IMG/VR virus record: IMGVR_UViG_3300013118_000236
Span: 1 to 52,542 of that record
DNA length: 52,542 nucleotides
DNA from: a virus
Lineage: Duplodnaviria > Caudoviricetes
Strand: one strand, 5' to 3'
The notes beneath the pieces were generated by a model, which was given only the letters and a program-made list of their open reading frames with translations, was not told the DNA's origin and searched no databases. This document shows positions 24,265 to 34,100 of this stretch, in pieces; positions within the stretch are counted from its first letter, which is position 1, and every line of letters starts with the position of its first letter. Both the position numbers and the translations under genes were made by a program.

Positions 24265-24672
24265 TTAAGACATAAATGTCTGGGCAATTTTTTTATTGGT
24301 GTCAAGGTACGACATGGCAGTGTCCCAATCGTCGAACTCGGGCACAGTTCTAAAATAATCAGGATGCAAGGCGAGAATCGTGGCGATTCCGCGTTTCTTA
24401 AAAAGCTCAACCTCCTGATCGTGCATGCGGGTTGTCTTTTTATATACTTCGTCGTCTTTTGTGACTCCACATTTTAAGAGCGCTAGCAGCTTCTGGGATT
24501 CTGCATAGCTATACTCTTCTATGCATTTAACCAAAATTGCAAGACAAACAACGTGCGTAACTTTCAATAATTGGATAGAGACTCTAGTAGTTTTCAAAAA
24601 GTAGAACGTTCGGCATGTGACATAGCCAAATATAAAAGTTAAAAGATGCAGTGCGTATTGTTCTAAACCCAT
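24265..24672 (-). CDS. Hypothetical membrane-associated protein
   Basis: N-terminal hydrophobic segments; GAGG RBS. Confidence 0.6.
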   Translation of the reverse strand: MGLEQYALHLLTFIFGYVTCRTFYFLKTTRVSIQLLKVTHVVCLAILVKCIEEYSYAESQKLLALLKCGVTKDDEVYKKTTRMHDQEVELFKKRGIATILALHPDYFRTVPEFDDWDTAMSYLDTNKKIAQTFMS

Positions 24673-24681
24673 TAAATCCTC

Positions 24682-24710
24682 AAAAAAATAACCATCGCTA
24701 GATGGTTATT
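24682..24710 (-). terminator. Intrinsic terminator overlapping a promoter
   Basis: AATAACCATC-TAGC-GATGGTTATT followed by a T-run. Confidence 0.7.
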
Positions 24711-24736
24711 ATATCAAACAATCTGTTGATTGTCAA
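24708..24736 (-). promoter_or_regulatory. Consensus sigma70 promoter
   Basis: TTGACA-17 nt-TATAAT. Confidence 0.8.
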
Positions 24737-24739
24737 GCA

Positions 24740-25429
24740 TTACTTGCTCGTTAAGCGAGTGAAGATGCGCTCGGCAAGCTGGTCAACTACCTTTTGTTTG
24801 CTGTCTTCGCTACGGAGCCTCTCAGCTACGCGCTTGGCAACTTCGCTAACGATGGCATCGGTTTTACCTTCTTGATAACTTCTCATACCGGGAAGGTCTT
24901 CTTCATCTTCTTCTGGCGGCAGTTCGTCGCCCATGGGCGCTTCTTCTTCGCCGCCAAGATCGGCATCGAGTGCGGCTTCATCACCTAAGTCATCACCCCC
25001 TTCTAGGGAATCCACATCATCACCCATTTCCATCTCGGCATCAGCAACGGCTTCGCCGTCATCCATTTCAACATCAACACCAACCAAATCAGCTAGCTGC
25101 TGTACAAGGTCCATAAATTGATCTTCTTTATCTCCACCACCAAGGTCTGTTGCTGGGCCTTCTTCAGCACCGAGATCATCTCCGAGATCGGCATCAAGCT
25201 CGGCGTCCATTTCCATGTCATCTACGGCGCCCAGATCGGCATCCATTTCCATGTCATCTACGGCTGCAGCATCGTCGCTGGGCAGTCCTTCCTCGTCTTC
25301 TTCGGGGGGAAGCTCTTCCTCAATGGGCGGACTCCATTCTTGTAGTCGCGCGTCACCAACAGGGGTTAAATTTGCGAGCTTCATGAAGCTGCGAATTTCA
25401 GCCTCGGTTAAAAGTGTTTTGCGAGCCAT
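24740..25429 (-). CDS. Highly acidic protein, possible prohead core/scaffold-type protein
   Basis: LLTEAEIRSFMKLANL N-terminus; D/E-rich low-complexity body with an internal 36-nt duplication (AVDDMEMDA x2); ACTATTTA motif upstream. Confidence 0.6.
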   Translation of the reverse strand: MARKTLLTEAEIRSFMKLANLTPVGDARLQEWSPPIEEELPPEEDEEGLPSDDAAAVDDMEMDADLGAVDDMEMDAELDADLGDDLGAEEGPATDLGGGDKEDQFMDLVQQLADLVGVDVEMDDGEAVADAEMEMGDDVDSLEGGDDLGDEAALDADLGGEEEAPMGDELPPEEDEEDLPGMRSYQEGKTDAIVSEVAKRVAERLRSEDSKQKVVDQLAERIFTRLTSK

Positions 25430-25498
25430 AGTAAATTCTCCTTGATAAACTCATGATTAAATAGTAGCTATTATTAACAAAAGACACAAAATGTTTCC

Positions 25499-25747
25499 TC
25501 AATCTGCCAGATCGGACTTTTTCATCTTGTGGAGCGCCTTCATTTCTATCTGCTTTACTCTCGCAAAAGAAATACCTAATCGGTCGGCAGTTTCTCTCAA
25601 TGTCAGATTACCATGTTTAAAAACTGTGATTAGTACACAGTTAAATTCAGCAGGATAATCAATAAAATGGCGGCACTCTCTTTTCTTACATTGGGTGTTT
25701 TTTCGCATGCACATTCTTGAGCACGCCTTCAGTCCGTCAGTTTTCAT
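25499..25747 (-). CDS. Stand-alone sigma70 region 4 HTH protein with Cys-rich N-terminus
   Basis: LTLRETADRLGISFARVKQIEMKALHKM resembles sigma 4.2; five Cys in the N-terminal half. Confidence 0.8.
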   Translation of the reverse strand: MKTDGLKACSRMCMRKNTQCKKRECRHFIDYPAEFNCVLITVFKHGNLTLRETADRLGISFARVKQIEMKALHKMKKSDLAD

Positions 25748-26085
25748 AGCTCTGGGAACTCCTCCGCGATCAAATCAAAGACATCTTCAACTTCATCGGC
25801 GTTCAAGGAAAAGTCTTTGCTCAATTGTTGTCCTTGTGTGATTAATTTTTTGCTTTTCTTTATTCTTTGTTTGTTTAATTTCTGTTTACTTGAAACATAA
25901 TCACCTATAAAAGATAAAATTGTGTCGTTATCGGAATTAACAGCTTCTATAATGGCCTTAAAGAATTCGGACTGGGTTAGTGAATTGTGGCGGAGGCGTA
26001 CTATCAATTTCGCGTGGTCGTGGTCTGAGACCTTAAAAACAATCCTCTTGGTGCTGTGACCGTAGTCACTGAAATCCTCGGGCAT
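25744..26085 (-). CDS. Hypothetical protein, possible ribbon-helix-helix N-terminus
   Basis: KRIVFKVSD..HAKL....HNSLTQSEFF pattern. Confidence 0.6.
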   Translation of the reverse strand: MPEDFSDYGHSTKRIVFKVSDHDHAKLIVRLRHNSLTQSEFFKAIIEAVNSDNDTILSFIGDYVSSKQKLNKQRIKKSKKLITQGQQLSKDFSLNADEVEDVFDLIAEEFPEL

Positions 26086-26088
26086 AAT

Positions 26089-27126
26089 TTACCACTTCCT
26101 TGTGTTTATGTGGGTGCGGCTCTCGCCCAGACCAGCGGAGGTTTGGCGTACAAATTTAGCTTTGTGCTGTAACTCTTTCAAATTTTGCGCACCGCTATAT
26201 GAAAAACCGCTCCTAATCCCTCTCTCAATATCCTCCAGAATGCCAATCACACTGCCGCGAAAAGGAACTTGAGTAGCAACCCCCTCAAAAGACGAGTAGG
26301 CACCTCTCCAACTCATCTGTGCTTCTTTGGATGCCATACCACGATATGATTTATACTTAAACCCATCGGCGCCTTCAAAAACATTCCCCGGAGATTCTGT
26401 TGTACCGGCTAACAGCGATCCGCACATGACTGCATCTGCGCCGGCGGATAAAGCTTTTACAATATCGCCGGAGTTTCTTATGCCACCATCTGCGACGATA
26501 GCCACATCGCGATCAGTTTTAGAGCATTCAAAGATAGTTTGGAGGCCCGGCAAGCCATGGCCGGTTTGAACGCGAGTGGAGCATATAGAACCGCCTCCAA
26601 TATTGCACCTTACTGAATCGGCCCCCCAATCTGATAGATCGTTGACCCCTTGCAAGGTCGCGACATTTCCAGCCATGATGTGGAAATCTGCGGTAAGTTT
26701 CCTAAGATTTTCTAATGCTTCTTTCATCATGATGTGGTGGCCATGGGCCACGTCAACGCACAAAAAATCAACACCAGCGGACAGCAACGCCGTAGCACGT
26801 TCCAAATAATCTCCGGAAATGCCAATTGCGGCGCCGAGCACCGGTGATATAGAATTTACGCTACATTCATAAGCTCTCACAACCTGAAGTACTTGTTCTT
26901 CAATTGTGTTATAGCGGTGGATGATACCGGCACCACCTATCCCATACATCGACGAAGCCATCTGGCCGCCTGTAATTGTGTCCATCGGTGATGAAAATAT
27001 AGGCAACTTCAACTGAAGGCCGCGGCCGAGATCGGTGCCAATGTTGATTTCTTTCCGTGAGCGTATTTCTGAATATTGTGGCTGCAGTAGGACATCATCG
27101 TACGTCAAAGCTTCTGTCTTATTCAC
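26089..27126 (-). CDS. guaB: IMP dehydrogenase / GMP reductase family enzyme (no CBS domains)
   Basis: [42 protein letters not shown]; guaB versus guaC not resolved. Confidence 0.88.
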   Translation of the reverse strand: MNKTEALTYDDVLLQPQYSEIRSRKEINIGTDLGRGLQLKLPIFSSPMDTITGGQMASSMYGIGGAGIIHRYNTIEEQVLQVVRAYECSVNSISPVLGAAIGISGDYLERATALLSAGVDFLCVDVAHGHHIMMKEALENLRKLTADFHIMAGNVATLQGVNDLSDWGADSVRCNIGGGSICSTRVQTGHGLPGLQTIFECSKTDRDVAIVADGGIRNSGDIVKALSAGADAVMCGSLLAGTTESPGNVFEGADGFKYKSYRGMASKEAQMSWRGAYSSFEGVATQVPFRGSVIGILEDIERGIRSGFSYSGAQNLKELQHKAKFVRQTSAGLGESRTHINTRKW

Positions 27127-27478
27127 TGGGCTCCTCCCTTCTCTTTCTGGCCTTGGCTGCTTTTTTTGCTCTTTTCATTGTAGGTGAATTGTCAGAGTCA
27201 ACAACAGTTTCAGCGGCCTCAATACGGACTGGCGGTGGTACTGGCGGCTCCACGACAGGAGCTTGAGGAGTTTTGGGTACGAAGTGAGATTGTAGTGTGC
27301 CGTACGCCTCCTCGCATTCTGAAAGGCCCTTGGCGTGCCGTATGATTTCGGCAACAAAATCGGTGTGTTCCGAAATGGCTGCTGGGTTATTGATCAATAT
27401 CTCAATAGCACCGAAATGTTCTAACGCTTTACCGCGAAGCTGCATTAACGCTGCTTCTAAATTTTTTAATGAGGCCAT
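27119..27478 (-). CDS. Hypothetical protein
   Basis: Start MASLKNL behind AAAGGAG. Confidence 0.65.
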   Translation of the reverse strand: MASLKNLEAALMQLRGKALEHFGAIEILINNPAAISEHTDFVAEIIRHAKGLSECEEAYGTLQSHFVPKTPQAPVVEPPVPPPVRIEAAETVVDSDNSPTMKRAKKAAKARKRREEPSE

Positions 27479-27482
27479 ATTA

Positions 27483-27875
27483 TTAACTCCTTTCCTTTTG
27501 TGTGTGTTTGTATCTCTCAATAAATTCGTGTATCTGGTCTTCATAGTACCATGTCGCTTCGGATGGCTTTTCTGCGTCAGGCAGAATCTTTATTCTAGTA
27601 TTCTCGCCCTCTGTTCTCACGAAACAAATAGTTGGAACACCTTCAAAGCCGTACTTTGCTTCAAGTTCTTCGCCATCGTGATACGTGTTGTAAACGTAAA
27701 ACATGACATCCTCATACTCATCTGATATTCTTTTATATATCGGTGCGAGGGCATGACACATATGGCACTGTGATGAATAAAACTTAATCACGACGGAGTG
27801 CTTTTCATCAACCTCCCCGTTCATAATCATGTCTAGACTTTTTCTATCAATCCTCTGGATTCTTGGCATTGTCAA
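27483..27875 (-). CDS. Thioredoxin-family protein
   Basis: VIKFYSSQCHMC...P; cis-Pro GVPT. Confidence 0.85.
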   Translation of the reverse strand: MTMPRIQRIDRKSLDMIMNGEVDEKHSVVIKFYSSQCHMCHALAPIYKRISDEYEDVMFYVYNTYHDGEELEAKYGFEGVPTICFVRTEGENTRIKILPDAEKPSEATWYYEDQIHEFIERYKHTQKERS

Positions 27876-28104
27876 TTACCTCCTTTGCTTTCTTCATGCA
27901 TTCGGGACAAAATAATCTTACCACCTCTTGCTTAACAACAACCGACCATGATTGTAACATGTCTCTATCTTCTTTGTCAAATGTTTCCTGACAAATACTG
28001 CATTGTTCCGGTAGCTTGCCAAACTGGGAAATTTTTTCCGCGAGGTTTTCTGTGGCTTGCTTATCTACGTACTTCTTTAGCGTACGGCGCTGCTGGCGAT
28101 TCAT
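27847..28104 (-). CDS. Zinc-finger-like hypothetical protein
   Basis: CSIC...CPEC. Confidence 0.65.
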   Translation of the reverse strand: MNRQQRRTLKKYVDKQATENLAEKISQFGKLPEQCSICQETFDKEDRDMLQSWSVVVKQEVVRLFCPECMKKAKEVIDNAKNPED

Positions 28105-28574
28105 CGGTTCATAGCTCCGAAGATTTGCCTTTCGTTTGTTCCGTCGAAGACAACAACGGCGGAGGGAAAGGGGGCGCTGTTATTACAATCACCGAATTTA
28201 AGGCGACCCTTTACAAAATAGACTTCGTCCGCCTTCATGACGTACTCGTGCCAATATTTGGTGTCGGTTCGCGCAGGAATAAGCATCACCGCTTTGGTAC
28301 CTTCCTTGCGGGATTCTTGGTAGGCCTTTTTGATCCACTTCTCAATGCCGCGGCCATATGGCGGATTGATAAAGCTGGCAAAACCTGACCAGTCTTTAGA
28401 CAAGCCATTCTCGGCTTCTGTAAAGAAGTTTGCGCATTTTGTATTAGTTGGATCTGCGCACGGGTCCAAGTCAAATGGTCCGAAGCGCCAATCTAGCTTA
28501 TCGAAAAATTCCTGTGGTGTTGCCCACTCTCCTGTTTTAGATGAGAACATCGTTAGTTGTGTATTTTTATTCAC
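28101..28574 (-). CDS. Phage N6-adenine methyltransferase (short Dam-like family)
   Basis: EWATPQ, LDPCA, NPPYG, LIPARTDT, GRLKFG, APFPS. Confidence 0.92.
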   Translation of the reverse strand: MNKNTQLTMFSSKTGEWATPQEFFDKLDWRFGPFDLDPCADPTNTKCANFFTEAENGLSKDWSGFASFINPPYGRGIEKWIKKAYQESRKEGTKAVMLIPARTDTKYWHEYVMKADEVYFVKGRLKFGDCNNSAPFPSAVVVFDGTNERQIFGAMNR

Positions 28575-29472
28575 TTGTTTTCCTTTTTTTGTTAGTTGGG
28601 AATCCCCGTTGAACCAATAAATTACTCATGTCAGCATAATCTTTATTAATTTCAAAAGCGATCCATTTTAAATTGTTTTGTTTGCAAACCAATGCCTCAC
28701 TGCCTGTGCCAGCAAAGGGTATCACGACGCGGGGCGCCCCATCTTCATGCAGGCAACCATCCAGCAATTTTTGTGTTAGCTTGATAGGTTTTTGTGTGGG
28801 ATGTTTGATTCCGTCGGTAACATTGAGGGCTTTAGCTTGCTTACTTGTATACAGTGCAGCGGCGGAGGGAGAATACACGTAGCGCTCAGAGATGCCGGAT
28901 CCGCCAGCAAGAGAAGGCACCTTAATAACATCTCGTGGAAGGGCGCCCTTCTTGTTGACGGTATAAGTTGTGGTCACATCCTTGCCTTTGGTATTAAACC
29001 GGCCGGTACCGGGCGGGCGTTTGCGCTTGCCATCTGAGTAACCTTTAACGAACCCCTCTGTATATGGTTCTCTAACACTATCTCTGTTGAAAATTCTCTT
29101 ATTCTTATCTTTCCAGACACACAATATTGATTCATGGCTGCGTTGCCAAAAATGCAAAGAAGGGACTGTTTTGTTGGTGTAATGCCATACAAGCCACCGG
29201 TGCGGTAAAGATAACTCAACAGAAATAAAAGCCAGAATCTCGCTAAAGCCATAGATATACATCGTGCCCGAAGGGGCCAAGATCCTCTCACATTCTGTTA
29301 ACCATTCCTTGCACCACGAAATATAATCTTGAATTTCTTTTCTTGTCTTGTTGTTTCCAAAATCCTTACCAATATTATAAGGAGGATCAACAATCAAACA
29401 ATCAACAGAATCCGCGTCTATTTGTGGAAGACCATCAATGCAACTCATTAAATTGACTGTGTTCCAATTCAT
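28567..29472 (-). CDS. N6/N4 DNA methyltransferase (beta class)
   Basis: DPPYN, HPTQKP, PFAGTGS; ATGA coupling to the upstream nuclease-like gene. Confidence 0.92.
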   Translation of the reverse strand: MNWNTVNLMSCIDGLPQIDADSVDCLIVDPPYNIGKDFGNNKTRKEIQDYISWCKEWLTECERILAPSGTMYIYGFSEILAFISVELSLPHRWLVWHYTNKTVPSLHFWQRSHESILCVWKDKNKRIFNRDSVREPYTEGFVKGYSDGKRKRPPGTGRFNTKGKDVTTTYTVNKKGALPRDVIKVPSLAGGSGISERYVYSPSAAALYTSKQAKALNVTDGIKHPTQKPIKLTQKLLDGCLHEDGAPRVVIPFAGTGSEALVCKQNNLKWIAFEINKDYADMSNLLVQRGFPTNKKRKTSE

Positions 29473-30098
29473 AGACCCCACTTCTCAATTGGGTACACAA
29501 ATGATAGATTGATCAGTTTTTGAAACTTGTTGGATCCTGCTAACATATAGTCATCATTACTGCCACCTTCGCCGCCCTGTTGGCGGGAGAATAATCTGGA
29601 TTTTTTATTTGGGCCGGCCATGTAACGAACAAAGTCCGCCTTATGCATCCAGAACATTCTTAATTCGGGAGGCCGGGTTTCGGGGGAAGCCCATAAAACA
29701 TTCGGGTTATCCAAAGATGGATTGACGCCACAAAAAATTAATCGCGACCAATCCTTTTTTTCTGCAATATGATTAAAAGTAAATTCATCAGGCTTAATTA
29801 GCTTACGGCCGAAATGTACACTGGACTTCCTCTTTACCTTTGGAGAGTTAGCGACACTGAATTTAATTTCCGTCTTGATATCGTCAAATATCCTATCATG
29901 GGCCGGATTTTGGGGTACCTGTACAACACAGCCTTCGTTACTCATGTATTGTTCTACGGCCATTTCACCGTACACACCCTTGTTTTTGGTGCTCAGGCCA
30001 ACATATTTTTCAATAGGCGTCCCGATCCAATTATTGTGTTGATTGCTGTCAAGAAAGCTGATTAGCGTTTGATGCTCAAACAATGTTGAAGCCATCAT
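29469..30098 (-). CDS. Putative PD-(D/E)xK restriction-type endonuclease
   Basis: KGVYGE...HDRIFDDIKTEIKFS; translationally coupled to a methyltransferase. Confidence 0.6.
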   Translation of the reverse strand: MMASTLFEHQTLISFLDSNQHNNWIGTPIEKYVGLSTKNKGVYGEMAVEQYMSNEGCVVQVPQNPAHDRIFDDIKTEIKFSVANSPKVKRKSSVHFGRKLIKPDEFTFNHIAEKKDWSRLIFCGVNPSLDNPNVLWASPETRPPELRMFWMHKADFVRYMAGPNKKSRLFSRQQGGEGGSNDDYMLAGSNKFQKLINLSFVYPIEKWGL

Positions 30099-30349
30099 TG
30101 TTCTTCCCCAACACCAGAGATTAGTGCGAAGTTGTCAACCACCTCGTCAATATTGTACTTCTGCTTATAAAGACGATATGCCTTCACTGCTGCTCGGATC
30201 TCATCCGTATTGAGCCATCCATTCTCCCGAAACTCCGAACGAAGTTCTCGCTTCTGTTCCTGATAGGGTTCGATGCACTCTTCAATTGCTGCTAGGGAGC
30301 GGATATACTCCTTAACGTATTGTTTCTTTTGATCATTTGTTGTAGCCAT
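30095..30349 (-). CDS. Small dsDNA-binding protein (GapR/T4 DsbA-like)
   Basis: YIRSLAAIEE...EQKRELRSEF..G...IRAAVK helical pattern. Confidence 0.55.
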   Translation of the reverse strand: MATTNDQKKQYVKEYIRSLAAIEECIEPYQEQKRELRSEFRENGWLNTDEIRAAVKAYRLYKQKYNIDEVVDNFALISGVGEEQ

Positions 30350-30372
30350 GTGGCCTCCTTATTTACTCTATT

Positions 30373-30401
30373 AATATAGCAGAATATTGGGAAGCTGTCA
30401 A
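30373..30401 (-). promoter_or_regulatory. Sigma70-type promoter
   Basis: TTGACA-17 nt-TATATT. Confidence 0.75.
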
Positions 30402-30405
30402 GTAT

Positions 30406-31104
30406 TTAATCCACGTGAACTTGAAAAACTTGATATATAAAATTGCGCATCAAACGCTGTTTTTCTTCTTCTGTTTCGCATTCAGCGTACTTGTAGTTGT
30501 AGGTTGCCTTCTCGTTCTGAATTTTAGACTCTATTTCTTGAATTTTTGTTTTCATCCATCTAGTTTGCTGCTTGTAGTTCTTTGGAGTTCTGACTCCGAA
30601 TCTCTCCGAAAGGTCAAGGAGGAAATAATATCGTTCTTCTTTTAATGCCCTTTGTGCTTCCTTGAACAATTCAAGCCTCTCTTTCTTTTCCTCATCTGAT
30701 AAATTCTGTAATCGATCAGGGTGGAGGTAGAGTGCTATTTGTTTAAAAAGCTTGGCGAAAGCGTTAGATAATTCTTTGCTGTCTTTTATTAAAACCTCGT
30801 CGTCTGCATCAGCCTCTGATTTGTCGTGATGAACCACAAGCGCCCCATCGGCATCAACGTCGGTCTCTGGCAACCTGAGCCTTTCTTCAGGCTGGCTTTC
30901 CTCAATCTTGATTGATTGTGCGGCTAGAAGATTTTTGTTTAGATCAACAAGATCTACTTCTTTTTCCCTACAAAAATCCTCAAGATACCTCTGAAATTCT
31001 TGAGCATGGGACTCATTGATATCATCTATAAATTCCAACTCGCTATGCTTAAACCTAAGTTCATTCAAGGTTCTTTTCCATTTTAACAAATTAGATGCGC
31101 GCAC
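30406..31104 (-). CDS. J-domain-containing protein
   Basis: FKQIALYLHPDRL...LFKEAQRA (HPD motif). Confidence 0.75.
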   Translation of the reverse strand: MRASNLLKWKRTLNELRFKHSELEFIDDINESHAQEFQRYLEDFCREKEVDLVDLNKNLLAAQSIKIEESQPEERLRLPETDVDADGALVVHHDKSEADADDEVLIKDSKELSNAFAKLFKQIALYLHPDRLQNLSDEEKKERLELFKEAQRALKEERYYFLLDLSERFGVRTPKNYKQQTRWMKTKIQEIESKIQNEKATYNYKYAECETEEEKQRLMRNFIYQVFQVHVD

Positions 31105-31130
31105 GACCCTTACTCCGTGCTATAATTAGG

Positions 31131-34100
31131 CTAACCAAGCAGTTTAAATGTCTTACCCACAGCATAAGTGGAAAAGCCCCACTGCTCGTCATACTTTAAC
31201 TTGGCCATATAGGGCCTATTGGTGAAAATCTTATCTTTTTCTGGCTTGACGCCCCAACATCTAATCTTCTCTGTCTCGTTGTTGGAGTCAATTACCTCAA
31301 CAATCCAATAATTCTTGCCGTTCTTGGTTTTCTTCGGAACAATCTTGCGTGGAATGAACCAACACACGCACAGATCCGAATCAAATTCAGAAATAGGTGG
31401 AATAAATTTATCCTTGAGTCTTTGAATAGTTTCAGTGGTGATTACCAGATTCATTGGGAACACTCCAGTCAGTTCTGACTTAAAGTGAATGATTTCTTCT
31501 TCCGAGAAGTCTCCTTCCTTGCTGTAAGCTTCAATATTCTCAGCAAACTTCTTTCTATTTTTTGGTCTATCAACAACTGCTGCAGACCAAAAATGTTTAC
31601 GACCAGAGAATCTCTCGTCAACAAGCTTATCCATGGCTCCGGCGCGACAGAGGGCATCCAGCGCCTTCTTGTTCAATTTAGAATATGTTATCTCTTCCCG
31701 GAACAATAGGTCTTCAATGTTGTTGAAGGGTCGGTGTTCAATTATCTGCTCCAATGCAGAATCTCCAAAACCCTTAATGGAAGTAAGCGGCTGGATCAAC
31801 GTCGTGTTGTCTGATGCAATCTCCCACACACGTCCGGATTTATTAACGTCCACCGGTGCAATATTGTATCCGAATGACTTTGCAATATTGATTGCTTTTT
31901 CCTTACGGGTCTCAGGCTCTTTATCCAAGAATGCAGCCATCCATTCGGCCTCATAGTAATTCAGTAACCACGCGCACTGATAGGAGATCACACTATAGGA
32001 GACCGCATGTGACTTGTTAAAACCATATCCGGAGAAGTATTCAAACTTATCCCACAGTGCTTGCGCTTCGTCGCGAGAAATGTCTTTTGCCACACAGCCC
32101 TTAATGAATTTGTCATGCAGCCTGCCCTTTACGGAACCTTTGCCTGTTCCCTTCTTGGTTAACACCTTGCGAAGCATGTTACCTTCATCGAGAGTCAATC
32201 CCCCAAGCTTGTGGGCTAACAGGGCGATCTGCTCTTGGAAGATGAGGAATCCAAATGTTTCCTCGGTAATCTCTCGGGCCTCTTCAGAGAGATATCCAAT
32301 GCGATGCGGATGATTTTTTGCGTCCACGTAGTCAGCATCCACACCTGCTGATAATGGGCCCGGGCGAAAGATGGATGTAATAGCTGACACATCAATAATA
32401 TTACGAGGTTTCACTCTGGTGCAAAATCCTTGTGCGCCAGTCTCAGTGAACTGGAATACACCTGCCCACTTGCCTTTATGAAATATGTTTTCGTATACTT
32501 TTTGATCTTCAAGATCAATTACGTCTGGGTGTAAGTTTTCATTGTAGTAGTCGCGTACTTGGGTAAAGGTAGGCTCCTCAACGTTGTGGTAACGACGAAG
32601 TATGTGCTGAATGCAAACTTCCATCATCTTAAGAGTAGATAAGCCGAGCAAATCGAATTTAATGAACCCCATCGGTTCAAGATGACGTACGTTTTGACCC
32701 TCGGCCCATGGGGCCTGACGCACACCACCTGAGTTAATCAGGGGCATACTCTTGTCTAGATCTTCTGCAATAACTACCCCGCCTGCATGACGTGAACATG
32801 AGCGAACTTGGCCAACCAATCCTTCAACGTGTGTTTTTACTTGAGGATACTTGTTTAGATATGCGGTCAGTGTCGGTGAGAATTCCATCACCTCTTCCCA
32901 AGTTGGCACATATACGCCGGCTTTGATGCCGTGCTTACGCTTGGCCTCGGGTGTTGCTTCGCGGATCATAATAGACGTGACTGTGTTGACCTCTGTAAAT
33001 TCTATGTTGTAGAGTTTGGAGATATCTTTAATCAGCGATTTAAGCTGCAGCGTGTTCCAGTTGGAAATTGGCGCAACGCAATCCTCTCCCCACATTTCAA
33101 CAAGTCTCTCTTTGAGTGCCATACTGTCGGACACATCGTAGTCAATGTCAGGATAATCGGTTGCATCAGAACGCAAAAATCTTGAGAACAGAAGGCCATG
33201 CTTGATTGGATCAATTTGGGTGATACCCAGTGCATAGGCAACAAGAGAACCTGCGGCTGAGCCGCGGCCCGGGCCGGCGAGCATCATATTATTGGTGACG
33301 TCAACAATCGCTTTCATGGTAAGGAAATACTTGGAGAAGCCGCGATCATCTATCACATTAAGCTCTCTTCGTAATCTATCCGTGTACTCTTTGTTTGTGT
33401 GTAAGGCACGGTCTTTCAAGCCCTCTAGGGCAAAATTTACTAAGGCCTGTGTGGCGGTAAATCCGGCCGGCACAACAAACTCAGGAAGACGAACCGTGTT
33501 GTCGGGCAGGAATGATTCAATGCGCCCAAAAGCGATCTTGTGTGTTTCTTCAATACTTTGCAAGACTATATCATCGTTGTATTCAAACCCCTGCTCTGCG
33601 GAATATTGTTTGTAACTCTCCCACATTTGATCGCCATTCTTTGGGTATAGCTCATAACCGATCTCTTCAACACCATCAGGCAATTGAGATTCTTCTTCAG
33701 CCCAAGATGGCCGGCCTTTACCGAGCCAACCAAGGCGTTTGTAAAGTTCGCGATCTTTCCAAGCATCGGGGCCCGGATAATGACTATCGGCTGTTGATAT
33801 TAATTTAACATCAAACTCGTCGGCTACCTGCATTACATATTGATTTAATTCATGTTGTTCTTTAATGTTGTTCCATTGGATTTCGGCATACCACCGATCA
33901 CCAAAAACATCGACCATGCGTCTAGTGGTTTCGCGCATGGCTGCCAGCACTGCATCGTCGCTATCATCTCTATTCTCCCAATAGTCGCCGGCGTATACGC
34001 CGCCAAGACAAGCAGAAGAAGCGATAATGCCTTCATTGTATTTCTTGAGAAGCGCATAATCAATACGCGGATAGCGGTAAAAGTTTTCTGGCTGATATGA

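Noticed and set aside
25200-25264. 29-bp direct repeat with 36-bp period
   Set aside because: It is an in-frame coding duplication in a low-complexity acidic protein, not a separate element.
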